A stretch of DNA of 64,000 nt from Candidatus Tayloriibacteriota bacterium (GTDB lineage: Bacteria > Patescibacteriota > Minisyncoccia > Phycocordibacterales > PALSA-1337): positions 352,124 through 416,123 of the forward strand of contig PLXZ01000001.1 in the NCBI GenBank assembly GCA_003151615.1, read 5' to 3'. Numbering within the stretch: the stretch's first letter is position 1; every line of letters begins with the position of its first letter. Under the pieces are notes generated by a model. The model was not told where the DNA came from, ran no database searches, and was given only the letters and a program-made list of their open reading frames with translations. This document shows, one piece after another, positions 20,436-30,376 of this stretch. The translations under genes were made by a program, and so were the position numbers.

Positions 20436-22468
20436 AATTTGCTGGTGTTTTTGTCTTTGTGTCTGCCCTGTTCGCTGGTGGATCCCATCAGGTGAATGCT
20501 TATTATAGCGGCGTGAGCACCTTTAAAAGCGCTTCTCAGACGATCAATGTGTCGGAGCTGGACTATATCTGGTCATGGTTGAACTGCAGTGGCTCGTACT
20601 GCAGATGGGTGGCTCCTGGAAACTCAGGAGTAGATATTGGCCTAGTGGGCGCATATGCAACGATAGGATATGCGGGTTATATCCAAAGGACTGATGTCAA
20701 TACCGGTATGACATCATGGATATCCAATACTTCAATTACGAATCTTAATGTCGGGGATACTCTTGTTATCAGTCCCGGCCCGCTTACCCAAGATCAGATT
20801 TATTGGAATGGAACTGGCGAAGCACAAGATTCTCCTTATGGTGCATGGGTAAGTGGTGCGGGCGATCCTTATTATCCTCTTTATAACTATAGCAATTTTT
20901 ACCTTAATACTAATACTATCGACGGGTATGGCTCCACTGTAGCGGATTATTTTCTACTATCTGTTGCACCTCCGGCAGTAACGATTTCAACTACGGGAAG
21001 TACTGCGGGATTGTCGTGCAATCCTCCCGACTCGACTGACAATGGTGCGGTAAGCTGTCTTATAACTTCTCCTGGTTCAGTTGCTGTGGCCTTTAATTAT
21101 GCGTCGACATACGGTCATTTCTATTTTGCTGACGCTGGCTGGTTCAACATGGGTGGTTTTTACGACACCGCAGATTCGGGCGATTACACTCTCCTCAATC
21201 CAATTAGTTACGTGACGAACAAGATTGGCGACAAGTTTTACGATATGAGTACAGCATCTACATATTATTTGCCTGTTGCAGCTAAGTCTATCACCGAGAC
21301 ATTTAAGGCCGTTAATTCATCCGCACCTCCAACCGCCCCTGTTATCACAGGTCCAACTACCGGATACATAAATACTCCGTACCAGTTCGGTTTTGTATCG
21401 ACTGATCCGGCTAATGAAAATCTCATATACCAAATCGATTGGAACGATGACGGCACGGTAGATCAAGTCCTTCCGGCCGATGTCACTCAATACTATCCTT
21501 CCGGTACGCAGGGAACTACGTCGCAGTCATGGGCAAGTCGCGGCAGTCAGACGTTTGAAGTTCGGGCGCAGGATGTCGACGGTAACGATTCGTCATGGAC
21601 GACATACACGACCGCTATTGTGAACCGACCGCCGACGGCGCCGACAATTAGTCCAGACCAATCTGATATGTTCCAACCAGGGAAACCGGAATCATTTCAC
21701 CTGCAATCAATGGATCCTGACAATGACCGTGTTACTTATACCGTGACGGATTGGGGAGACGGATCGGGTCCCAGCAGTCCATCAGGTGCAGTTCCTTCGG
21801 GCAGCTCCCAACGGCTTGTACACACGTACGCGAATGCCGGAACATATGTGATTCAGGCAAAATCGACCGATACATTTACTACACCGACGGATTCTCCGAT
21901 AGCCAGACTCACCATCGATATTACTCAGGGCGGAATCAATCCTCTAACCCCTTCCGTTTCTCTTTCGGTGGATCCGGATTCAATCACGACCGGAAATCAA
22001 ACGACGCTGTTGTGGTCGACGTCAAACATTGCGAGGTGCAGTAGTATCTCGTCATCATTGGCATCCAGTCCGTTTGGTACATCGGGGTGGGACGGTTCAG
22101 TGAATGGTTCGCTATCATCGGGTAATCATAGTATTGGTACCTTTAGTTCGCCAGCGTCTGTTACCTATACGTTGAATTGTACGGCTACCGCCGCGGCCGG
22201 AGGCGGTCCGATATCGCAACAGGCGGTGCTTGACGTTACGGGCACTACCGGTGGCAGTACATCGTCTTGTACTCAGATTTCCAATGCAGGTTTGTGTTCT
22301 GGTGAAGGCACCGCTTCCTCAGGCCTAAGTCCAAGTGTGGTAGTTTCCTCCTGCAACGCTTCGCCGCAGCCGACAATGTGCGAATTTACGTGTTCTTCCG
22401 GCTATCATATGGTCGGTAGCGGTTCATCGGCGAAATGCGTTGCCAGCAGTACTCTTCAAGAGCAATAA
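20417..22468 (+). CDS. secreted PKD/Ig-domain surface protein with Cys-rich C-terminus
   Basis: Signal peptide; IDWNDDG and DWGDG...HTYANAGTY PKD motifs; terminal Cys-rich module. Confidence 0.75.
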   Translation: MVYKKIKFAGVFVFVSALFAGGSHQVNAYYSGVSTFKSASQTINVSELDYIWSWLNCSGSYCRWVAPGNSGVDIGLVGAYATIGYAGYIQRTDVNTGMTSWISNTSITNLNVGDTLVISPGPLTQDQIYWNGTGEAQDSPYGAWVSGAGDPYYPLYNYSNFYLNTNTIDGYGSTVADYFLLSVAPPAVTISTTGSTAGLSCNPPDSTDNGAVSCLITSPGSVAVAFNYASTYGHFYFADAGWFNMGGFYDTADSGDYTLLNPISYVTNKIGDKFYDMSTASTYYLPVAAKSITETFKAVNSSAPPTAPVITGPTTGYINTPYQFGFVSTDPANENLIYQIDWNDDGTVDQVLPADVTQYYPSGTQGTTSQSWASRGSQTFEVRAQDVDGNDSSWTTYTTAIVNRPPTAPTISPDQSDMFQPGKPESFHLQSMDPDNDRVTYTVTDWGDGSGPSSPSGAVPSGSSQRLVHTYANAGTYVIQAKSTDTFTTPTDSPIARLTIDITQGGINPLTPSVSLSVDPDSITTGNQTTLLWSTSNIARCSSISSSLASSPFGTSGWDGSVNGSLSSGNHSIGTFSSPASVTYTLNCTATAAAGGGPISQQAVLDVTGTTGGSTSSCTQISNAGLCSGEGTASSGLSPSVVVSSCNASPQPTMCEFTCSSGYHMVGSGSSAKCVASSTLQEQ

Positions 22469-22494
22469 TTAAAAACAATTGGGGATAAAGCGCC

Positions 22495-22522
22495 TTGACT
22501 TTTAGCCCGAATCTGCTATATT
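22495..22522 (+). promoter_or_regulatory. sigma70-like promoter
   Basis: TTGACT-16 nt-TATATT with TG extension; no convincing protein gene directly downstream. Confidence 0.55.
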
Positions 22523-22594
22523 CCTAGCGTGTGAGTGCTAACAGGTTCTGCTTCGGCTGTAACCGAGTTGATGGCGACCAAATATAATTTGTCT

Positions 22595-22628
22595 GCGAAG
22601 ACCCCGGCCTCGGCCGGGATTTTCGTTT
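22595..22628 (+). terminator. intrinsic terminator-like hairpin
   Basis: CCCGGCC/GGCCGGG inverted repeat followed by ATTTTCGTTT. Confidence 0.6.
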
Positions 22629-22783
22629 CACGCCGCGCTTCTTTTTTCCCGCGCATTTTCGTAGTATAATAACCGCCAGATTGTTCCAAGTAACGGCAAA
22701 CGGCTGTACTCACATTTTAACTAGACATTATATTTGGAGCTTTCACCCGTTTGCCATTAGTTGGCGCAATTATTCTCATTTTA

Positions 22784-23824
22784 ATGCTTCATATACGCGA
22801 ACATGTTCCGCTCCGTGATTTGACGACGTTCCGCGCGGGTGGTCCGGCGCGATTTTTCTGCGAAGTGACGAGCGAGGCCGAATTGGTTGAAGCCCTCGCT
22901 TTTGTTTCGCAAAAAAACATCAAAAAATTTTTTATTTTGGGCGGCGGCTCGAATATTTTGGTGGGGGATGCCGGTTTCGACGGATTGGTTATTTTAATGA
23001 ACATAAAAGGAGTTGATTTTGATGAAAATTCTGCGGTTGCGGAAGTTCTCGTCACTGCGGGCGCAGGCGAAAACTGGGATGATTTTGTCGGCGAATGCGT
23101 GAAGCGCGGCTTGACCGGTGTTGAAAATCTGTCGGGCATTCCCGGTACCGTCGGCGCGGCTCCCGTGCAAAATATCGGCGCGTATGGAGTTGAAATTTCG
23201 CATATAACTGAATCAGTCCGGGTTCTCGATACGCTTTCCGGCGAATTTATTTCATTTTCAAATAAAGACTGCAGCTTCGAATATCGCGACAGCGTTTTTA
23301 AAAAAGCAAAAGGAAGGTATGTAATTGTTTCGACTACATTTGCGCTGAAAAAATTTGTTTCGTCCGCTGAAACACCTCTCAATTTGAGTTACAAGGATTT
23401 GGCTAATTGCGATTGTCCGACTCCTGCCGATGTACGTGCCAAGGTTCTCTCAATCCGCGCCGCAAAATTGCCGGATGTGCGCGTTGTCGGCACCGCCGGT
23501 TCCTTCTTCAAAAATCCGATCATTTGCGACGATCATTTTTTCGGACTGAAGAAAAGATATCCCGATTTGCCCGGCTTTGTCGCGGGTGATGGCGTGATGA
23601 AGGTTCCTTTGGCCTGGATTTTAGATCATATCTGCGGATACAAGGGCGTGACGAAAGGGAATGTCGGAACGTATAAAAACCAGGCGCTCGTCATTGTAAA
23701 TAATTTTTCGGAAAAAACAGGCGCGACTCCGGCCGAGATACGAAAATTCGCCGATGAAATCGCCGTCGCCGTCAAAAAGAACACCGATATTGATATCGAG
23801 CCGGAAGTGCAATATATCGGATAG
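22784..23824 (+). CDS. murB: UDP-N-acetylenolpyruvoylglucosamine reductase
   Basis: GGGSN, GIPGTVGAAPVQNIGAYG, YRDS, AGSFFKNP, EPEV. Confidence 0.95.
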   Translation: MLHIREHVPLRDLTTFRAGGPARFFCEVTSEAELVEALAFVSQKNIKKFFILGGGSNILVGDAGFDGLVILMNIKGVDFDENSAVAEVLVTAGAGENWDDFVGECVKRGLTGVENLSGIPGTVGAAPVQNIGAYGVEISHITESVRVLDTLSGEFISFSNKDCSFEYRDSVFKKAKGRYVIVSTTFALKKFVSSAETPLNLSYKDLANCDCPTPADVRAKVLSIRAAKLPDVRVVGTAGSFFKNPIICDDHFFGLKKRYPDLPGFVAGDGVMKVPLAWILDHICGYKGVTKGNVGTYKNQALVIVNNFSEKTGATPAEIRKFADEIAVAVKKNTDIDIEPEVQYIG

Positions 23825-23865
23825 AAAACACAAGTGCGCGTGGCGGAGTTAAGTGCCCCTTGTTC

Positions 23866-23966
23866 CTTCACTATCATGCAAATGCGAATTTAATATTGTT
23901 TTAGCAGAAAATACGGCTCTACATCAACGTCAAGATTTTCGCATTCGCATTTGCATGATAGTGAAG
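23866..23966. repeat. perfect 24-bp inverted repeat with 53-bp spacer
   Basis: CTTCACTATCATGCAAATGCGAAT (23866-23889) and its exact reverse complement (23943-23966). Confidence 0.95.
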
Positions 23967-24034
23967 AAAAAAGACTCTGTTCGTAGCCATTTTACTCGAA
24001 AAACCCCGACAAGTGTGATATAGTGGCTCTCATC

Positions 24035-26680
24035 ATGGCTTTTTCATTAAAAGCGCTCTTCAGCGGCGATCCGCATAAAAAGGCGCTCAAAACATACCAG
24101 CCGATTGTCGACAAGGTCAATTCGTTTGAACCGGCAATTTCTGCGTTGTCGGATGAGGGTTTGTGCGCGAAAACGGCTGAGTTCAAGGAACGCATCGCGA
24201 AAGCCTCGGCAATTTCTGAGGACGAAGAAAAGGCGATTTTGGACGAAATTTTGCCCGAAGCTTTCGCCGTCGTGCGCGAGGCTTCGAAACGAACTCTTGG
24301 TCAGCGCCACTTTGACATGCAGCTGATCGGCGGGGCAGTCCTTCACAACAACAGCATTGCCGAAATGCGAACCGGCGAAGGAAAAACACTCGTCGCCACA
24401 TTGCCGACATATTTAAATGCGCTCACCGGACGTGGCGTGCACATCGTCACGGTTAACGACTATCTTTCGCGACGCGACGCCGTATGGATGGGCCAGATTT
24501 ATTCGTTTCTCGGTTTGTCCGTCGGCGTTATCAATCACGAATCTTCGTTTTTGTACGACCCGACCCATTTGAACGCCGCTGATCCTCTCGAAAAGGAAGT
24601 CGATGAAAAAGGCTCATTCAAAGTCGTGCACGAATTTCTTCGTCCGGTTACGCGACACGAAGCGTACATGGCCGACATTACTTATGGAACAAACAATGAA
24701 TTCGGCTTCGACTATTTGCGCGACAATTTGGAGTATGATGCGGCGAAAACACGCCAGCGCGACTTCAATTTTGCGGTCGTTGACGAAGTTGACTCAATTT
24801 TGATTGACGAAGCCCGCACCCCTCTCATTATTTCCGCTCCGACTCAGGATTCGGAAAATTTGTATGCTATTTTCGCGAACATGGTGAAGAATTTTGCCAA
24901 AGATTACGATTATGAAGTGGATGAGAAGCGTAAATCGATCGCGATGTTGCCGGCCGGAATTGAAAAGGCAGAGAAGGCGTTGGGCGTCGAAAATATTTAC
25001 ACTGATAAAGGCATTAAATATGTGCATCATTTGGAAACTGCGGTCCGCGCGAAAGCACTTTTCCATCTGGACAAAGAATACGTCGTGCGAGACGGTTCAA
25101 TTGTCATTGTCGATGAGTTCACTGGACGATTGCAGCCGGGCCGACGCTGGTCGGAAGGTCTTCATCAGGCCGTCGAGGCAAAAGAAAACGTGACCGTGCA
25201 AAAAGAATCGCGCACGTTCGCGTCGATTACCTTCCAAAACTATTTCAGACTCTACCGAAAATTGGCCGGAATGACCGGAACCGCCGCAACTTCCAGTGAA
25301 GAATTTTTCAAAGTGTATGGTATTGATACGGTCATTGTGCCGACGAATCGCGATATAAAACGCATCGACGGTAACGACCTCATTTTCCGCACGGAAAAAG
25401 GCAAGTTCACGGCCGTTGCGCGAAAAGTAAAAGAACTGCACCAAAAGGGCCAGCCGGTTCTCGTCGGTACCGCATCCATTGAAAAAAACGAGGTCTTGTC
25501 GAAATTTTTGCAGAAAGAAGGCATTCCGCACGAAGTCTTGAATGCTAAAAATCATGAACGCGAGGGTGAAATCATCGCCCAGGCCGGTAAAAAAAGCGGC
25601 GTGACGATTGCCACGAACCTTGCGGGTCGCGGCGTTGACATTAAATTGGGCGGGAATCCGGCGCCCGCAGGAGCGCCGGAAGAAGTAAAAAATGCCGGCG
25701 GATTGTTCGTGCTGGGAACCGAACGACATGAAGCCCGCCGCATCGATAATCAGTTGCGCGGCCGATCGGGTCGACAGGGCGATCCGGGCGAAACGCAGTT
25801 TTTTGTCTCGCTCGAGGATTCGCTCATGCGCGTCTTTGCCGGGGATACCGTCAAAAATTTGATGAACCGCCTCGGCGTGGCCGAGGACGAGCCGATCGAA
25901 AACCGCCTCATTACACGCTCGCTCGAAAATGCCCAGAAGAAAATCGAAGGCTTCAACTTCGACTCGCGAAAACATGTTTTGGAATATGACGACGTTTTGA
26001 ATCATCAGCGAAAAACGGTGTATGAACGTCGCCGCAAAATTTTGAACGGTTCCGTCGAAGACGTTGCCGCAAAATTACAGGAAATCATCGACACGGTTCC
26101 GATGGAACATGAACCGGAAATTTCGGCGACCCTGTCCGATTTTTCCGATATTGCCGTTGCTGTTGAAACGCCTGACGCAAACGCTTCTTCCGGCGCGAAA
26201 CCGGTCAACAAAGGCCCGGTCCGCTTCGAAGTCGAAAAAGTGGTTGCCGACAAAATCGCTCAATTCGGCCGCGATGATTTTTACAAAGTCATCCGCCAGA
26301 TTTTGCTTCAAACGATTGACACATTTTGGGTCGAGCATTTGGAGGTAATGGATTACACGCGAAGCAGCGTGAATCTCCGCGCGTACGGCCAGCGCGACCC
26401 GCTCGTGGAGTATAAGCGCGAAGGTCTGCGCCTGTTCCGCGAAATGCAGGCCGCAGTCAACAATCAGGTCATCAATTTATTGCCGCACGTCGCCGGCGGC
26501 GTCATAACTCCCGCAACTCAGAAATTGAAGGAAACTCGCGCGGACGCGGCGGCGATTACTTCAACTCCGCAAAATCTACGAGTACAGGGCGGCAGTAATG
26601 CCAACGGCGCTCCGGCTCCTGCGGGAAACCGCCATCAGCGCCGGGCAATGGAAATCGCTGCAAAAAAGAAAAAACGCTAG
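24035..26680 (+). CDS. secA: preprotein translocase ATPase SecA
   Basis: MRTGEGKT, DEVDSILIDEARTPLIIS, QLRGRSGRQGDPG, YGQRDPLVEYKRE. Confidence 0.98.
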   Translation: MAFSLKALFSGDPHKKALKTYQPIVDKVNSFEPAISALSDEGLCAKTAEFKERIAKASAISEDEEKAILDEILPEAFAVVREASKRTLGQRHFDMQLIGGAVLHNNSIAEMRTGEGKTLVATLPTYLNALTGRGVHIVTVNDYLSRRDAVWMGQIYSFLGLSVGVINHESSFLYDPTHLNAADPLEKEVDEKGSFKVVHEFLRPVTRHEAYMADITYGTNNEFGFDYLRDNLEYDAAKTRQRDFNFAVVDEVDSILIDEARTPLIISAPTQDSENLYAIFANMVKNFAKDYDYEVDEKRKSIAMLPAGIEKAEKALGVENIYTDKGIKYVHHLETAVRAKALFHLDKEYVVRDGSIVIVDEFTGRLQPGRRWSEGLHQAVEAKENVTVQKESRTFASITFQNYFRLYRKLAGMTGTAATSSEEFFKVYGIDTVIVPTNRDIKRIDGNDLIFRTEKGKFTAVARKVKELHQKGQPVLVGTASIEKNEVLSKFLQKEGIPHEVLNAKNHEREGEIIAQAGKKSGVTIATNLAGRGVDIKLGGNPAPAGAPEEVKNAGGLFVLGTERHEARRIDNQLRGRSGRQGDPGETQFFVSLEDSLMRVFAGDTVKNLMNRLGVAEDEPIENRLITRSLENAQKKIEGFNFDSRKHVLEYDDVLNHQRKTVYERRRKILNGSVEDVAAKLQEIIDTVPMEHEPEISATLSDFSDIAVAVETPDANASSGAKPVNKGPVRFEVEKVVADKIAQFGRDDFYKVIRQILLQTIDTFWVEHLEVMDYTRSSVNLRAYGQRDPLVEYKREGLRLFREMQAAVNNQVINLLPHVAGGVITPATQKLKETRADAAAITSTPQNLRVQGGSNANGAPAPAGNRHQRRAMEIAAKKKKR

Positions 26681-26743
26681 TCGTCTGGTTTTTTTATGTG
26701 TTAGTATTATTGCAGTATTTTATTAAATCTAATTATATAGAAT

Positions 26744-27238
26744 ATGTCAGAAAAAATTCCACAATTTCGAGATAAAGATGAGAACGAAGAAGAGGAGTCT
26801 TCTTCTAAAAAAGGAAGCGGCGCTCTTATTCCGGTAGTACTCGCGGCCGCGGTAGCCGGAAATATCGTCGTCGGTCTAGACATTGAAAGCCATAATGAAA
26901 CAAAAGATGCCGCTGAACACCATGAAGCAGTAGAAAAACAATTGCCCCCGGAACTGAAGGCCGATCTCGATGCGTATCATTCAAAAATTTATTGGCAATC
27001 CGGAACTGAGGTCATATCAGCTACGTTTAGTCACGATGAAGCGAAGGCGCGCGCAGTCGAGATTGCCATAGAAAAGGGCATAAGCGGATTCAATGAACCT
27101 GTAACATTCAAACAGACGAAGGAAGGAGTTCCTTTTGATATTTCGATTGGAACAAATTTTGTACCCTATAGTCCCGACAATTATAGTCCGGCGGAGCTGG
27201 TTTCCTTGAAATCAGAGGCAGAAAAAAGTACCCAGTAG
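26744..27238 (+). CDS. hypothetical single-TM protein
   Basis: 164 aa ORF with acidic N-terminus and one hydrophobic segment. Confidence 0.6.
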   Translation: MSEKIPQFRDKDENEEEESSSKKGSGALIPVVLAAAVAGNIVVGLDIESHNETKDAAEHHEAVEKQLPPELKADLDAYHSKIYWQSGTEVISATFSHDEAKARAVEIAIEKGISGFNEPVTFKQTKEGVPFDISIGTNFVPYSPDNYSPAELVSLKSEAEKSTQ

Positions 27239-27341
27239 CATGAACATTTATCTTTCGAGCACTCTCGACAGATAAAATTTTGATAAAGTTTTCGTGTTTT
27301 TTGGTCTTGCGTATTGCGATGCGGCTTGGTAATGTTCATGT

Positions 27342-27833
27342 ATGAATCAGAATTTACTTCTTACAATTAACACGATTCTTGTCGCGGTTGTCGGCTACTT
27401 TTTGAAAAAAACTTTTGACAAAGTCGAAGCTACCGGCAATGACGTTTCCGAAATGAAACCGAAACTCGACATTTTATGGAGGGATAAGATTGCCCCTTCC
27501 AGTTCGCCGCGCCAATTGAACGAACGCGGAACGGACATATTGAATACAAGCGGCATAAAGGGAGTCGTGGATCAGAAAAAAGATCTTCTGTTGAAACTTG
27601 TCAAAGAAAAGAATCCTGCAAATCCGTATGATGCTGAAATAGCTATTTCTGCCGTCATGATGGACCTGCCGAAACATTGTCCTGATATTGTTGATAAATT
27701 GAAGCAGGGCGCTTTTATGTCAGGTGTCGATATAAATACGGCTTTGTTCACGGGTTCTATATACTTGAGAAACCTCATATTTCAGGATCTCGGTTTTGAA
27801 TTGCAGGATCTTGATGTGCCGAAAAAAGCATAA
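27342..27833 (+). CDS. hypothetical protein with N-terminal TM helix
   Basis: 163 aa ORF, hydrophobic N-terminus, -10-like element 6 nt upstream of ATG. Confidence 0.65.
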   Translation: MNQNLLLTINTILVAVVGYFLKKTFDKVEATGNDVSEMKPKLDILWRDKIAPSSSPRQLNERGTDILNTSGIKGVVDQKKDLLLKLVKEKNPANPYDAEIAISAVMMDLPKHCPDIVDKLKQGAFMSGVDINTALFTGSIYLRNLIFQDLGFELQDLDVPKKA

Positions 27834-27895
27834 TCTTAAAAAAATCTGTTTAATTTGGCAGAGTGTGCTAGTATGAAAATCAAGATACACATTAT

Positions 27896-28996
27896 ATGGC
27901 ATTTATCGACGAACTCAGTTTTCACATTTCTGCCGGCAAGGGCGGCAACGGCGTGGAGCGCTGGCGCCATGAGAAGGGCAAGGAATTCAGCGGCGCGGCC
28001 GGAGGCAACGGCGGCAAGGGTGGCGACGTATACATGCGCGCGGTTCGCGACCTTGGCATTCTCGCCCGGTACCGCAATACGAAATCGTTTGATTCCCAGC
28101 CCGGCCAGGACGGCATGAAAAACAGCATGCACGGCGCGGATGGCAAAGACCTCATTATCGACGTGCCGATCGGTTCGGTCATCACCGACTTGCGAACCGT
28201 CGAAACTGGCGGTCCCGGAGTTAAAAAAGGCGAAGGCAGAAAAATAGCATTGCTGGCCGAAGGCGAAACGGTGCGAATTTTGAAGGGCGGCCGCGGCGGA
28301 CTCGGCAATGAACATTTCAAGGCTTCGACAAATGTTCGTCCGACCGAGACGACCGACGGCAGGGCCGGCGAAGAAGGGGATTTTAAAGTCGACGTCGAGC
28401 TTGTCGCTGATGCCGGTTTCATCGGTCTGCCGAATGCCGGAAAATCTTCGCTTTTAAATGCATTTACAAACGCCGATGCGAAAGTCGCGGCGTATCAGTT
28501 CACGACGCTCGAGCCGAACCTCGGCGCGATGCGCGGTTTCGTTTTGGCCGACATTCCCGGATTGATTGAAGGCGCGGCGGAAGGCAAAGGCCTCGGCCAT
28601 CGATTTCTCCGTCACGTGAAGCGCACGAAACGCCTCTATCATTTGATCTCGTTCGAAAATGTTGTTGTTGAAAAGATAAATAAAAAAACCGGTAAAAAAA
28701 CGGTGACGTTGAAAATGAGCGAACTGGCGAAAGTGTATAAAACAATCCGCGGCGAATTGAAGCAATACGGCGAAGGCCTGGCTGAAAAACCCGAAACAAT
28801 TATTTTGACAAAAACCGATGTCTTGCCGGGAGGTTCCAAATCGGATGCGAAATCAGTGAAAGAAGTCAAAACCGCAATCGCCGCCGCCAAAAAAGTGCTC
28901 TCGAAATTCAACAAGGATATTCTGGCCGTTACCATTTTGGACGACAAATCGGTCAAGGAGCTCTCGGACAACATCATCAAAAAATTGCGCGCATAA
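27896..28996 (+). CDS. obgE: Obg family GTPase
   Basis: Gly-rich Obg fold, GLPNAGKS, FTTLEPNLG, DIPGLIEGA, TKTD. Confidence 0.96.
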   Translation: MAFIDELSFHISAGKGGNGVERWRHEKGKEFSGAAGGNGGKGGDVYMRAVRDLGILARYRNTKSFDSQPGQDGMKNSMHGADGKDLIIDVPIGSVITDLRTVETGGPGVKKGEGRKIALLAEGETVRILKGGRGGLGNEHFKASTNVRPTETTDGRAGEEGDFKVDVELVADAGFIGLPNAGKSSLLNAFTNADAKVAAYQFTTLEPNLGAMRGFVLADIPGLIEGAAEGKGLGHRFLRHVKRTKRLYHLISFENVVVEKINKKTGKKTVTLKMSELAKVYKTIRGELKQYGEGLAEKPETIILTKTDVLPGGSKSDAKSVKEVKTAIAAAKKVLSKFNKDILAVTILDDKSVKELSDNIIKKLRA

Positions 28997-29017
28997 CGAG
29001 TATGGTATAATACACGC

Positions 29018-29524
29018 ATGAAAAGAAGTACGCACAGAGGTTTTACCCTTATTGAGCTCATGGTTGTAATCGCAATTATCGCCATCTTGAGCGGCATTAT
29101 TATGGCGAGTTTCTCCGCGGCAAAGTCAAAGTCACGCGACGGCCAGCGCATTTCGGACATCGCGCAAATTCAGCTCGCGCTCGCGGGATATTTCAATCAG
29201 TGCAATACATATCCGGCAACGACGACTCTTCCATCGTCCGGAACGACTGGCACAGGTTGTCCCACGGGAGTAAATCTCGGGACGTTTATAGGAAAAATAC
29301 CGACGTCTCCGTCGGGCGCAAATCAAACGACATACGCATATTCCACCGGCACCTCGAATATAACCGGTTTAATTGTCGATTATGTCTTGGAGGCAAATCT
29401 TGAAAATAACAGCAGTGTCTCAGGCGAAAGTTTAAGCACTTTTCCAAGTACAAGCGGGATAACCTATTCGCCATCATCCTTGCCTTGCGATGCCACTACC
29501 CACTACTGCCTCGGTCCGAAATAA
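29018..29524 (+). CDS. type IV pilin / GspG-like prepilin
   Basis: GFTLIELMVVIAII class III signal, KSRDGQRISDI. Confidence 0.92.
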   Translation: MKRSTHRGFTLIELMVVIAIIAILSGIIMASFSAAKSKSRDGQRISDIAQIQLALAGYFNQCNTYPATTTLPSSGTTGTGCPTGVNLGTFIGKIPTSPSGANQTTYAYSTGTSNITGLIVDYVLEANLENNSSVSGESLSTFPSTSGITYSPSSLPCDATTHYCLGPK

Positions 29525-29557
29525 TTCCGTCGATAATTCGAACCGTGCTATAATTGC

Positions 29558-30376
29558 ATGATGGATTTTGAAACGACATTCATATTTTGGCTTCTTGCTT
29601 TCATTTTCGGCGCAATTATCGGAAGTTTCCTCAATGTCGTCTCTCTGCGTTTTAATACGGGCATGGGCGTCAACGGCCGTTCGAAATGTTTTTCGTGCGG
29701 AAAGGGCCTGGTCTGGCATGAGCTGATTCCCATCGTCAGTTTCGCCGCGCAAAAAGGCCGCTGTAAAAAATGCAAAAGCAAAATTTCGTGGCAATACCCG
29801 ATCGTCGAGTTTTTCTCCGGCGCGATTTTCGTCCTCATCTTCGTGAAGTTTCCGCCGGTCGACGTCGCATCGGCAATTACGACCGTCTTGTATCTTTTCA
29901 TTACTGCGATTCTCATTGTCATTACGGTTTATGACATAAAGCACAAGATAATTCCTGATTCGCTTTCGTACACATTTTCCGCAATAGCTTTGGCGGGTTT
30001 GTTTTTTGGCGGCGTAACGCTTTTCCATATTCCGCTTCTCATAAATCTGTTGGCCGGACCGTTGTGCGCTCTACCGTTTGCCGTTTTGTGGGCAATTTCC
30101 GGCGGTCGATGGATGGGTCTCGGCGACGCGAAATTGATGCTCGGCATCGGCTGGACCCTCGGATTTGTCGCGGCGATTTCGTCGATGGTTTTGGCGTTCT
30201 GGATCGGCGCGGTTGTGTCCGTGGCTTGGATGATGATTGCCTTCAAAAAAGTGAAGGGCAATTACGAAATTCCGTTTGCGCCGTACCTAATTTTGGGCAT
30301 GTACATTGTGCTTTTGACGGGCGTATCCGTCATAGATTTACGGCCGATTCTTGCTATAATAAATGTACAATCATGA
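29558..30376 (+). CDS. pilD: prepilin peptidase / N-methyltransferase
   Basis: GSFLNVV, RSKCFSC...CKKC, YDIKHKIIPD, MGLGDAKL, IPFAPYL; start may be the second ATG at 29561. Confidence 0.95.
   Translation: MMDFETTFIFWLLAFIFGAIIGSFLNVVSLRFNTGMGVNGRSKCFSCGKGLVWHELIPIVSFAAQKGRCKKCKSKISWQYPIVEFFSGAIFVLIFVKFPPVDVASAITTVLYLFITAILIVITVYDIKHKIIPDSLSYTFSAIALAGLFFGGVTLFHIPLLINLLAGPLCALPFAVLWAISGGRWMGLGDAKLMLGIGWTLGFVAAISSMVLAFWIGAVVSVAWMMIAFKKVKGNYEIPFAPYLILGMYIVLLTGVSVIDLRPILAIINVQS

Noticed and set aside
22533-22541. GAGTGCTAA, the right half of a CIRCE element
   Set aside because: No TTAGCACTC left half at 9-nt spacing and no chaperone gene downstream
22571-22669. 32-codon ORF MATKYNLSAK... as a leader peptide or tmRNA tag
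   Set aside because: It runs through the terminator hairpin, and no tRNA-like tmRNA ends are visible
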